A DNA stretch of 60,099 nucleotides, the filler included, from Basidioascus undulatus (Eukaryota), in assembly GCA_000826855.1 (NCBI GenBank). It is 4 parts of 4 records of this genome, joined end to end, with 100 filler letters (N's around TTAATTAATTAA, not from the genome) between each part and the next. Parts side by side here need not be neighbours in the genome. Positions count along the whole stretch, not along the records: positions 30,114 to 45,059 come from JTLS01000678.1; positions 45,160 to 60,099 come from JTLS01000679.1; 2 more parts are not named here. One strand, given 5' to 3'. The notes below the pieces were generated by a model. It saw only the letters and a program-made list of their open reading frames with translations, did not search any database and was not told the origin of the DNA. Position numbers and translations under genes: made by a program. Shown here piece by piece: positions 37,388-48,560 of this stretch (within the stretch, counting starts at the first letter, position 1; every line of letters begins with the position of its first letter).

Positions 37388-38962
37388 CTAGGTGCTCGTC
37401 CGCCCCCCGCGCCCGCGCCGCCCGTGCGCGGCCTTGACGGCAAAGTCGAAGCCGTCTGGGTTCTGCATCATCGCCTTGATGGTCGTTTGGTGGTTGAACT
37501 CGACTGCGGATCGGGTTCCTTGTTAGAGGGGCAAGGGATGCACGGTGTGAAGGAGGGAAGGGGAAGACGCACTGCGGTTCCGCTTCTCCTTGATCTGCTT
37601 GAGCGTGTTGGGCTCCTTCGCAAAGTAGTTGTCGAAGAGGTGCATGGCGTATTCGAACGGCTGGGCGGGCTTGTTGTTGTGCTGTACGTATGCACAACCA
37701 AACCATGATCAGAACTGGAGGCCGTAAAAAATAAGAGAACTAGTGGAGAAAAGGGGACGCACCACGCTGCTCTTAAAAGTGTACAGTATCCTACTAAAGA
37801 TCGCGCGCGTAAGGAGCGTCGAGAGCTGGGCGGGCTGCCCCGCGTCCGCGAGCGCCTCGAGCACCTCGTCCGCGAGGTAGTCGCACCCTTTCCTGACGAG
37901 CGCCTTCGCCGCGTCATGGGCATGATCTAAGTGCTTGGCGATCTACGCGGCCGGTGCTAAAAAAGTCAGCAGGCTGCGTCTGCACCCATCGTGGGCACAC
38001 ATACGCACCAGGAAGGAGAACGTCTCGAGCGGGATCTCGGGGACGGGGGTGGACGGCTTGGAGCGCGCGGGCTTGACAGGTACGAGAGAGGGGGCGGGTG
38101 CGGGGACTGAGGCGGGTGTGGGGGGGAGGGCTTGAGGGGCGGGGGAGTGGGATGTGTACGTGCGTGCCGGTGCATCGGGCTCAACGGGCGTTTTCGTCAC
38201 TAGCGGCGGTGGTGGGGGTACGCGGGCAGGACGGGGCGACTCAGCGTGGGCGGGTGTCAGCGAGCGGGAGGGCGAGAGCTGCTCAGGGATGGTAGACGGT
38301 GTGGGGTGGTTTACCGCGCCCATGCCGCCGGGAAATGCGCTCTCGAACGCCCTCTTAAGCGTCTCCTCGAGCGCAGCGACCCTCGCCTCCGCCACAGTCC
38401 GCGCGCGGCGCTCCTCCCGCAGCTCGTCCTGCGCCCTCTGCCACGCCTGCCCGGCGACCCTCGCCGCCTCCTCCGCCTCCGCCGCCCGCACCCATTCGGC
38501 CTGCACCTCCCCGCTGCTGCCCATCCCTCCCCCTCCGCGCTCGAGCTCCCGCACCCGCTCCTCCAGCGCCGCCCTGTCCTCCTCGAGCGCAGTGAGGCGC
38601 GCCTCTCGCGTCCGCCCGAACGTCTGCAGCGAGTCCCGCTGCGCCTCGACCTTCCGCAGGCGCGTGTGCAGCTCGTTCAGCGCCTGCTGCGCGCTCGAGG
38701 TGAACTGCGCGAGCGTGTCCCGCGCGTCGTCGGCCGCGGGGCGCTTGCGGGGGATGATGGACGAGGACGGGTCGGCGTTGATCATGGACACACGGGACTC
38801 GGGGGGGATGGGTAATGACAGGCGCGTTTTGGCGGGCGCGTAGGGGGATTTGGTGGAGGACGAGGAAGAGGAGGCGCTCGTCGTACTGGACGGTGGCCGA
38901 GACTTGATAGGCACTGGCATCGAGGCGCGAGACTTTTTGGTGGGAGTGGTGAAGGACGCCAT
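37388..38962 (-). CDS. Hypothetical coiled-coil / Pro-rich protein, 4 exons
   Basis: Long first exon (339-aa ORF) spliced to IAKHLDHAHDAAK..., HNNKPAQPFEYAMHLF... and EFNHQTTIKAMMQNPDGF...RGRGGRTST*. Confidence 0.7.
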
Positions 38963-39667
38963 GTCGACTGAAACTGTCGATACGCTCTGGTAGACGCTCC
39001 TATGCTACGTCCGTGTCAGCGCAATATCGCAGACCACAAGGCAAGTAAGCGAGGGACTGCTGCCACGGCGGCCATGCATTTCCCTCGGAAGCCCAGTATC
39101 GGCGATCCCACTCACCAGTTGCCTAAGACGGAATCACCAGAACAAACCCCGAAGAAGACAAGAAGAATACTAGAATATCAAGACGACATTCAAGCGAGGG
39201 TGTTACGATAGTGGTGGTGAGTGGTGAGCGTGAGGAACAAGGCGAAGCGACTTCGCACCAAGACTTCATCTGTCAGTCACATGCATTGCATGCGTCTGCC
39301 TCGGCTTCGCAATATTTCGCCTGGTGGAAGCTCCTGAATCTTCTCGTGCTCGCATGTACCGGTTTGTATCTGTTACACATGATTGCCGAAAAATAAATGC
39401 GAAAGGCGCGACAGTTCTTGGGCGGCGATATTGCGATGGAAGGCAGCGAGATCGTAACGCTGAACCAAGCTGGATGATGCGAAACGCCAGCTGATACGCC
39501 CCTCCTGAAACTCTTACCGATACCTAGCAAAGGATGCACACCAAGTTTAGATAAGTGAATCAATACGCATTCCTACTGCAGTCCACGATCTCAAAAGAAC
39601 GCAGTAGTGGTGCTCAATATCCATCCATCCTCCCGCCTCCTCCCCGCCTCTCCCTCATCCCAGCCTC

Positions 39668-41430
39668 CTACTGCCCCCCAGGCGGCGTCTGCTGACCCGC
39701 CGGCGGCCCGCCCGCGCCCAATCCAATCATCCCAAAGAGATTGCCCTTCATCTCCTTGAGCTGCTTCTCGCGGTCCTCGTCCATCATCCGCCGGATCGCA
39801 TCTGCGTTGTCGCGCCAGTACTTCTGCTCCTCGAGGTATGCCTGCTGCGCCTCCCGGCGGCGCGCCTCGATATAGGTTTCGGGGGGGCCGTCGGCGGGCG
39901 CTGCGCCGCCGGCGACGGGGACACGGCCGGTCTGTGCGTTGGAGACGCCGAACATCGACCCCAAGTTCATTCCGATCTTGCCCTTGCGCGGGTTGCGCTT
40001 CTGCTCCTCCTCCCACTGCTCGACGAGCCGGCGCTTCTCGGCCGCCTCGAGGCGCGCGTACTCGGTCGGGATGTGCTTGCCTTCGAACGCCTTGATGTAG
40101 GGGCGGACGTCGGCAAGGTTGTATAGGGCGATGGCTGGTTCCACCCGCCACCACTCACATAGATCAGCATCACATCACATCTCCTCTCATCTCATCTCAT
40201 CTCAGGGAACAGCACAAATTGGAGGGGGGAAACGGGAAGACGGGGAGATGGGAAGCAAGAAGGGGAAAGGGAGAGGTTGGGAAAGGACGCACCCTCCAAA
40301 AATGGCACCATCCCCAACAGTTCCTTGTCCCCCGGCGTGCCCTCCCACGGCTTGAGCACAATCGCGTTCTCGGGCTGGAGCGCCGCGTGCTCGGCGTTCG
40401 TGTCGAGCATGACGACCTTGGCGAGGTCGCGGTTGAGGTAGGAGAGGTCCTGGTGCGTTTCGTTTACTTTATTTAGCATACACGGCAAAAGAGGGAGAAG
40501 GGGAGAAGGGGAAAAGCAGGGAGGAAACGGGAAGGCGGGAGGAGGGAGGGATGCAAGGAGGGAGAGAGGAAGGGAGAGGGAAAGAGGGCAGGGAAGGAGG
40601 GAAGGGACGAGAGGGAGAGAGAGAGGGGAAGAGGGGAAGGGGAGAAAGGAAGCCGACCTTGACGATCTTCCCGTCCTTGAAACGCGTCGCCTCGCGGAAG
40701 AGCTTGTACGGGATGTAGACGTTGTACGGGTCGAGCTTCTCCACTACGGGGGCGGCGGTCTTTTCCACCAACCCCACCTCACGTCAGCTCGCATGCCCTC
40801 CGATTCCGAAAGTACGGATGGGAGAAGGATGGGGAAGGGGGGGAGTGGAGAGGGAGCGGGGGACAAAGGGGGAAAGCGGACGCACGTAGGCGGGTTGGGA
40901 AGTGAAGAGCACGATCTCATAGAATTGGGAGAGGTAAGCGAGGAAGTAGTCTACGCCGGGACGCTTGGCGGTGCGCCAGCCGTGCTCGCGCTGCGGGGGT
41001 GGGGCGGGTCAGTAGGGGTGCGGCATTGGGGGACCGCACGAGGATAGAGAGCGAAGAGGGGAGAGGGACGAGGGCAGAGGGAAATGGGAGAGGGACAAGG
41101 GGAGAGGGAAACGGGAAAGGGACAAAGGGACATGGCACGTACAGACCACTCAGAGTGGACGAGCAGGTCCTCGAGGTCGATGAGGAGGGTGTAGGGGCGC
41201 TGGTGCGGGGGCGGCATGAGGGGCGGTAGGAGCTCGGTCCATGCGGGCTTGTTGAAGTACTGTTTACTCCCACACCGCATCAGCCCCGCTCCACCTGCAC
41301 ACCGAGCGCTGGGAAGACAAGGGAACAAAGCCAAAGGGAAGGAAGGCCAGAACGCACATCAGAGTAGTTAAAGAACCTCTTCTTCGCCCTGTCCCACCAC
41401 CCCTCCGCCTCCGCGCCCTCCAGCGCCTTC
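39668..41430 (-). CDS. TIM50: Mitochondrial import inner membrane translocase Tim50, presequence and TM segment missing
   Basis: [90 protein letters not shown]. The sequence upstream of about 41430 is fimbrin. Confidence 0.93.
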
Positions 41431-43363
41431 CTTGGGCTTGCTCACGCGCCTCCACGCCACGCTGCCAGGTGCGACCTTGTCGAACGCCTGGAGGAGGACG
41501 AGGCCGTCCGAGACGTCGTCGAAGAGGTTGTACACGCCCGGCTCGACGTCGAGCGAGTTGAGCCAGAGGATGAAGACGCGAGCCTCGCGTTCGCCCTCCG
41601 CGTCGAACTCCTCGATCTCGGGGACTTCGGTCTCGTCCAGAGGCTCGAGGCCCGGGTGCGTGTTGAAGAGGTGGGCGACGAAGGCTGGTTTGGGGGGCGG
41701 GGGAGAATGAGCGAGGGGAGACGGAGGGAAGGAATGGGAGAAAGCGCACCAAGGTTCAGCTTCGCGTTCCCACCCACCATGGCGTTCGGCGTGAGGTACT
41801 TGCGGCAGCCGATCGCATCGGCATTTTGGAGTACCTGCGCATCATCCACACCCCGCCCATCAGCCTCCTCGCCAACTGCCCCCTCCGGTCCTCACGCACC
41901 ATCTCCGCCCTCCTATAGAGGTCCGTCTCCTGCAGGGGCGCGCGGGAGCACTGCTGCGGTTTGAGCTGGTTAAGCAGGACGGTGTAGTTCTCGCCGTCGG
42001 ACACGTCCTTGGAGAAGTTCCCGACGCGGCGCGGCCAGCCGGCGGCCTTGAGGTGGAAGTTGAACCAGCGCAGGAGGATCTGGTCCGGCGGGAGGCGCAG
42101 GAACTCGTCCAACGTCTCGCCGTCCTCGAGCAGCCGGTACAGCTCCGGGTGGTTCTTGATGTCGATGCGCGAGAGCAGGCCGCGCCGGATGATTTGCCAG
42201 ATGAGGCCGAGGATCTGCGTCCCCCACCAATCCACCCCACCGCATACTCCTTCAGTTCCCCTGCCTAACTGCGTCACTGCAAGAGCCAAGACGGAAGACG
42301 CACCAGGATCTCCCGCCCCTCCACGAGGTCCTGCGACCCGATGTTGACGACCGAGCACCCGATCGCCTTGGCAGACTGGATGACGACGTTGTTGTTCTCG
42401 GTCGCCTGGAACGCGTTCAGCACGGGCTGCTTAGGCTTAGGCTTGTTGAGCACGCGCTCGTCGATCGTGTCCGGCACGGCGTCGTTGATCAGCTTGCTCA
42501 GGACGAGACCATCTGGGTTGGGGAAGGGGGACGGGAAGGAATGTCAGGATGCGGGTGGAAAGGGGGAAAAGGGTGGGGAGTGGGAGAGCGCACCTCGGCA
42601 CTCGTCGAAGAGCTGGAACGTGTCGGTGGGAATGGGGAGACGCGCGCCGATATCGGGGTCGCCGTGGAGGACCTGCACCCGCATTCCATTGCGTCAGACC
42701 AAAACCCCGTCCTCCTGCACCTGACTTCGCACCTATGGAAGAGCAGGCAAGACGCACCTGGTTAATGTGCCGCGTGAACTCTGTCCGCTCGTCCTCGTTG
42801 ATGGTGTGCGAGACGTTCGCATTCGAGCCTTTGACCGTGACCTTCCCCTTCTGGACGACACCCGCCTGCGCGTTCTTCCCCACGCGGAGCTTGGCGATCA
42901 ACTGGCGGGTCGTCCACAATGTCTTCATTTCAGTGTTCCGGGCGAAGGGGCAATGGGGCAGTGGGGGGGAGGACCGGCGGCGCACCTCGACATAGTCCTC
43001 CACCTCGACCTTGCCCGACGCGTCGAGTGAGACCTCCTTGAGCGTCTCGCGCACTTGGTCGTACGACGCCTCGCCCTCGAGCGACTTGATCACCTCCTGC
43101 TGCCGCAGCCCCTTGCCCTCCACGTCGAGGTCCCTGGTGCCGGCGCCCCCACCGCGCGTCAGACTCCGCTACTACAAATGGGGAGGGGAAGGGAGCAGCG
43201 GCGCACTGGAAGCGCTCTACGAGCTGGCGGACCTCCTCTTGGGAGAACTCAGGGTGCTTGCGCTGCAGCTTGATCTGTGTGCCCCCCCGCCCCACGCTCA
43301 GCAATGTCGTTTCGAGGAGCGCGAAGTCCGAAATAGCGCGAGTCGGCGACGCACGGCTATCAT
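41368..43363 (-). CDS. SAC6: Fimbrin, 3'-truncated within CH3
   Basis: [99 protein letters not shown], then non-fimbrin sequence and TAA at 41368-41370. Confidence 0.93.
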
Positions 43364-43529
43364 GATAAGTTCGTGAGTTGGGCGTCCACAGAGAAGGTAT
43401 AAGTTCGAGTCGAAATCGAAATGCGAAGATGAGAGTGTGAGAGAGTGGGAGCGGTGAAAGCGTTGAGGCGAGCGCGACTGTTGAGAGCGGGGCCGCCAAC
43501 GGCGATGAGGGTCGTAGATGAGAGGGAGA

Positions 43530-45059
43530 AGAGGTGGGCAGAGACGCGGAGGAGACGAGGTCGGGCTTTTTGGGCGGGAGGAAGGTCGCGTTGATGTCGC
43601 CGATGCCGACGAAGAAGTCATCTGCGCCGGGCGTACGTATTTCAGCTCGCGAACCGAATGAGAGGCGCGAGAGGAGAGGGATGACAGGAGGAGGCGGAAA
43701 ACAGGAAAGGAAGGCAGGAAGTGGGGGAGGGAAAGATGGGGAAGTGGAAGGGAAGGGGGGGAAAAGAAGAGTAGAGAATGAAGGAAGGGTGAGAAGACGC
43801 ACAGGGAATGACCTTGACTAAATTGGGCGAGTACTCCCACACGTCCGCGCGGTCGTCGATGATGACGCACATGCTCTGGTCGGTGGGGAAGAGGCGTTCG
43901 AGGCTCTTCTGCGTGAGGCTCCCGCTCTCGTCGCGCGAGAGGATGCGCTCGCCAAAGATCGCGCCGTCCGGGTCGATCGCGACGCAGACGGCGACGGCGT
44001 ACGCGCGCGTGCCCATCGTGTAGACGTGCATCTCGTAGAGTTGCGAGAGCGAGCGGAGGAAGGACTCGAGGCCGGGTCTGTGTCGATCCACACAACGCAT
44101 TAGCCTTCTTGGGAGAACGCAGAAGAAAGGGGGAAAACGAAAGCGACCCACCGCATCTTGACATAGTACCAGCACCCCTCTCCGCCCTCCTCCACGGGCC
44201 CCTCCTCCCCCAGCTTGAACCGCTTGACCCCCTTCAGCGCCTCAGCATTGACGTTCCCCGCGTCCGCCATCCACTCCCCCACAGTCGGGTCAACCGTTGC
44301 GTGCACGACGGTCTGGTCGAGGTCTACGATTAGCACGAGCCGCTTCTGGGCGAGGAGCGCCATGCGCGTCTGTTCGGACAGCCGGTGTGCCTCTTCGAGA
44401 GAGACGGTGAGCGCGGAGGTGGTGTGAGAGAGCTGCAGGCGCGCGCGGGAGAGGTCGGAGAAGCCGGTGAAGTCGGAGCTGGAGGTGGGAGGGGGGTGAG
44501 GAGGAGGGAGATGGAGGAGGGAGGGGTGGAAGGCTCACCCGGTTAGATCTTTGCCGCAAATTGTGCAGAGCCCGGCGAACTGGACGGGGTGCGTGCACGG
44601 CTCGATAAGCTCGATGATGGGGACTCTGTTAACTCGTGCAAGTTCAGCAAGCCCAAGCTCAAAGCCAGGAGGAAATCATCGAGACTCACGATGGTCCCCC
44701 GACCTTCCACCCCACCTCCACAAGCCACTGCACGACCTCCCCCTCAACAGGACACACCCACACGCCCACCCTCCTCTCCTCCTTCCCCGCCTCCTCCTCC
44801 TCCTCCTGCACGCCGTACCCCCGATCCCGCTCAACACGCTTGAGCGCGTCCGCCCGCGCCACATACTCATACGTGAGGAGCTGCGCGCCGCGCTCGACGT
44901 GCGCGCCTGGGAGCGCGTGTGTGCGGAGGACGGTGAGCGGGTAAGGAAGAGAGGGGGGGAGGCGGAGGGTGGTCGGTGCTGAAGAGGCGTGTGGGGAGGA
45001 GGAGGAGGATGGGCGCGGCGAGAGGGAAGCGCGCGGTCGAGATGTCGGTATGAAGAGCT
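43530..45059 (-). CDS. FCP1: RNA polymerase II CTD phosphatase Fcp1: N-terminal and catalytic part only (5' cut by contig end, BRCT and C-terminus absent)
   Basis: EPCTHPVQFAGLCTICGKDLT, KRLVLIVDLDQTVVHAT (DxDxT), YYVKMRPGL, ERILSRDESG, VIIDDRADVW, YDFFVGIGDINATFLP. The SAC6 ATG follows about 200 nt later. Confidence 0.93.
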
Positions 45060-45159
45060 NNNNNNNNNNNNNNNNNNNNNNNNNNNNNNNNNNNNNNNNN
45101 NNNTTAATTAATTAANNNNNNNNNNNNNNNNNNNNNNNNNNNNNNNNNNNNNNNNNNNN
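45060..45159. other. Artificial contig linker
   Basis: N44-TTAATTAATTAA-N44. Confidence 0.98.
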
Positions 45160-46588
45160 TCGGACCTGGACGACCCAGGCCCGTACGAGGCAGCCCAGTC
45201 GAGGGATGCGGCGCGTTTCAGCGAAGACGAGCCGTGTCGATGGTGGTGGTGGGAGGCAGCGGCGAGTGCGGAAGCGCGTGTGGGCGGGCGGATGGGGGTT
45301 TCGGAGGCGTCGTACACCTCGGAGGGCGGGTCGGACTCCATGTGTTCCCAGACATTCGAGGCGGACGCGGCGCGCGTGAGGCGCGGAGGCGGTGCGAAGA
45401 GGTATGCAGGCGGCGGCGGCTGGGTCGGGGTGGAGAAGGACGAGGAGGAGGAGAGGGTGCGGCCAAGGCCGGCGGGGCAGGACGGCGCGCGCCCGACCGA
45501 CGACAGCGTGCGCTTGATCTGCTTCCCGTCCGCGCGCGACGAGTTGGGAGGGGGCTCGGACGTCCACGGCCCGGGGATCGGGGGAGGGACGTTCTCTTTG
45601 CTGGGCCGCGCGGGCGCGTCCCCACCCGTCGCACCGGACGCCGAGGAGGTGGTGCGGCTGGGTCCGAAGGGCGCGGCCTGCTTGAGCTGGTGCTTCTTCT
45701 TCTCCGTTTGGCGCTTGTTCTGGAACCAGATCTGCACGTTGCGGGTGGTCCTATAAAATAAGAAGGCGGCGGAGGAGGTCAGTCGCGTTGGAAACAGTTT
45801 AATGAATAAGACATGAAGCGAAGCGCGTAAGACGCGAGGCGAAGTGCCCGAGCGCGCGCGCCCATCAATCGCGAAACACGTCTCGCTCGATGAGCTTAAC
45901 CGCGCGGGGTGCCATTCCAAAATAAGGGAATTGCAGGTGGGTGAGTCGAAGGGGTGAGTCGAAGAGATGAGAGATGAAGAGAACCATCCAGCTCGCCGTC
46001 CTGAAGGTCGTGCCCGAATCCAAAACAAGGAAGCAGGACTCACATTCCAACACGCTCTGCGATGCCCGCGCGCTTCTGCGCATCCGGCAGCGGGTTCTCA
46101 GCGAACGCGGCCTCGAGAATGGCGAGCTCTCCCGGTGTCGTGCGTCGTCTGCGTTTGCGAGGCTGCTGCGTCTCGGCGGGAGGCTCCGGCGCGGGCGCAG
46201 CGGGAGCGGCGGGCGGCGGCGGAGTGTTGGTGGGGGAGAGGGAGCTCGCGTCTGACGGCGCGGTGGACGGGCTGAGGACGGAGGGGTACGCCGTCGGTCC
46301 CGTGGTGGAAGTCGCAAGAGGCGAAGGCTGAGGCGCGTGCCGGTGGTGGTGGTGCTGGAGGAGGAGCTGACCGTGGACAGGCGGGGGCTTGATGTCCGGT
46401 GGTCCAGCGTGGGCATGGACGCTGAGAGCCGGATGGGCTGCCGTAGCGGTGGGGGTGTCGAGGTAGGCAGAGGGTGCGCTGGAGGCGGTCGAGGACGCGC
46501 TGAGCGGGGGCGTTGGGTGCTGGTGGTGCAGCGCGTTGGCGAGCAGGGCCGCGAGCGGCGTCGACGGCGCGGGGGATCGGGAGGCCAT
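45160..46588 (-). CDS. Homeodomain transcription factor, Yox1/Yhp1-like, 3' partial
   Basis: RKRRRRTTPGELAILEAAFAENPLPDAQKRAGIAERVGM|TTRNVQIWFQNKRQ with a 293-nt intron at 45751-46043. ATG at 46588. Confidence 0.9.
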
Positions 46589-46780
46589 CGCGTACGCTGT
46601 CGGGATCGTTGGCGGTGTACTCAATAGGCGGGCGATGTGCGTGTTTTTGTTCTTGTATTTCCACACGGAGGATGCTCGTGGCTTGAGGTCAACTGTCGGG
46701 GGCCTGGCAGTGGGCGGATGATGGCCAGGTGACGGTCGTGCTTTGAGATTGAGCAGCGCTTTTCATTTGGCGGGTGCGAG

Positions 46781-46829
46781 CGCGCCGAAGCTCACGCGCG
46801 TGCGCGTCAACGCGCCTTCCTCCTTCGCG
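46781..46829. promoter_or_regulatory. Cluster of MCB-like (ACGCG) elements upstream of the homeobox gene
   Basis: CACGCGCGTGCGCGTCAACGCG plus flanking CGCG cores about 200 nt upstream of the ATG. Confidence 0.4.
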
Positions 46830-47837
46830 CTCCGCTTCCAAAACACTGGCTCGTTCACTTAAAAAACGCTTCGGATTGAAGCAGATGGACTATGTCTCTG
46901 AGAAATGTTTGCAACCAAATGAAAGAGTCGGAGCGAGTGAGGGGAAAGCCAAGTTCTTCGAAGGTAACTACCCTGCTCTGAGGGATCTTTTAATGGAAAA
47001 GGCTCGTTCACATTTGTCGGGACTTCAATTCTTTGCAAATGCCGCCCAAAAGCTTCTGTACTTTGTGATGTGACACAGTGACTGTTGGAGGAGTGCGGCA
47101 GCGGAGCGAAGCTGGGAGTGCGTGCTCATTCATCGTCACGGGGCATGTCTCAGCTGCGTAATGACCAGGAACAACATTGGCTGCAGGACCGACTCGCTGC
47201 AAGGCTCTGACTCGTTGTAATACATAAAGCGACTTTTTTTTATATCCTGGGTACGTTTGAAGATTACAGAGTCATTCATGGAGGTTAGACAGATGGCGAG
47301 CGTCCAGGCAGCTTTCGGCAGCTTCGAAATTTGCAGCGAGTTCACTGTTGGCCATTGTTCAGTGCCTGCACTTTCATAGCTACTACCCGGAGCTATTACC
47401 AGGTGAATCGTCAAACTTTCCAAGTTAATCCTATCAAAAGAAAAGTGGTCAGAGCGTTCAAGGAGCAGCGAAAGCACCGAGTCCCTGTTACTTGGCCTTC
47501 ACTTCCATCGTCGGACCGTCAGAGTGAGGGTTCGAGGTATACCGCGCGCGAGGCACAGAGCAAAAAGAAGTAGGTTGTGTCCTGGTGTTTTTTCCTTCGA
47601 ATGAGCTACATGCTGCAGGTATATTCCCATTGCCCAAGCTGATGTGTGTCGCCACCGAACACTCAGAGCAGCTGCGGGGATAGCTTCGAAACTAAATATT
47701 ACCTCAATGCATCAATAGGAGTACCTTACTGAACAACGACAGCTAATTACATTAGAAGAAGAATCGTGATCGGCTAGGTGGGGGAATCGGCTTGAAACCA
47801 GATCTCCAGGATTATACCTCAGGAGGGATAAGCATCT

Positions 47838-47909
47838 TCCTCCTTAGCTCAGTGGTAGAGCGCGTCACTAGTAATGACGAGGTCAGTCGTTCAAGTCGGC
47901 TAGGAGGAA
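47838..47909 (+). tRNA. tRNA-Thr(AGT), intronless
   Basis: Acceptor TCCTCCT/AGGAGGA+A, D arm GCTC-AGTGGTA-GAGC, anticodon stem CGTCA/TGACG with CT-AGT-AA, T arm AGTCG-TTCAAGT-CGGCT, then TTTTT. Confidence 0.95.
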
Positions 47910-47989
47910 TTTTTGCATAGGTTCCATATCCGCGCAGCATTATACGCGTCCCTTGCGTATAAGCACGTTGTTCTTTCCTTTGCTTTCCG

Positions 47990-48560
47990 TGGTTTACAGG
48001 ACGCCCTCCCTGCCGCGAACTGCCAGTTTGTCTGGATGGCCATCTCCCCCTCCAGGCGAGCGTTTACTTCAGTAGGAAGGCCGCTCGGGACGTTGACACA
48101 TGAGAGTGTGAGCGAGAGAGCGAGCTTCGCTATGATAGAAATGCTCGATGCGGAGCTGGAGTGTCTTCACTTCAATGAGCAGACGGCAATCTTGCCCACT
48201 CTATACGAGGAACCGGCCTGTCACGAGCTGACGATCGATCCGTTTTGAGGATGAGAGTCGATACGCGTGCGGCAGCGCCCGGGTTCGCATCGAGGTACCG
48301 CAAGAACGAGTGGAACTGGATCGGCTTTGGGAGGCGGACAGTGTGCTCGAGATGCATCAGAGCGAGAGGTACGAGGCGCTTGGAGATGAAAAGCGAGGTG
48401 AACGGCGAGGCTGCGCTGGCAGGCGCAGGTTGCGAGGCGTGGGACGCAGACGATGGTGTCGCGCTCGAATCCTTCGCGAAGTACGCCTCGAAGAGGATTC
48501 TCGATAGGATCTCGTCCGGAAAGTCGAGTATGCGAATGATTGATGTGAGGAAGGAGTTTC
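47990..48560 (-). pseudogene. F-box-like protein, probably decayed
   Basis: ILDFPDEILSRI (F-box start), SLFISKRLVPLA..LEHTVRL..FLRYL. Stop at 48172-48174, with an apparent continuation LLIEVKTLQLRIEHF in another frame. Confidence 0.45.

Noticed and set aside
40490..41135. Long purine-rich (GGA/GGGA) low-complexity tracts
   Set aside because: These are pyrimidine-rich TIM50 introns on the minus strand, not a satellite or mobile element.
45160..46588. Homeobox gene as a mating-type HD2 gene
   Set aside because: The RKRRRT...QIWFQNKRQ sequence is Yox1-like, and there is no divergent HD1 partner upstream.
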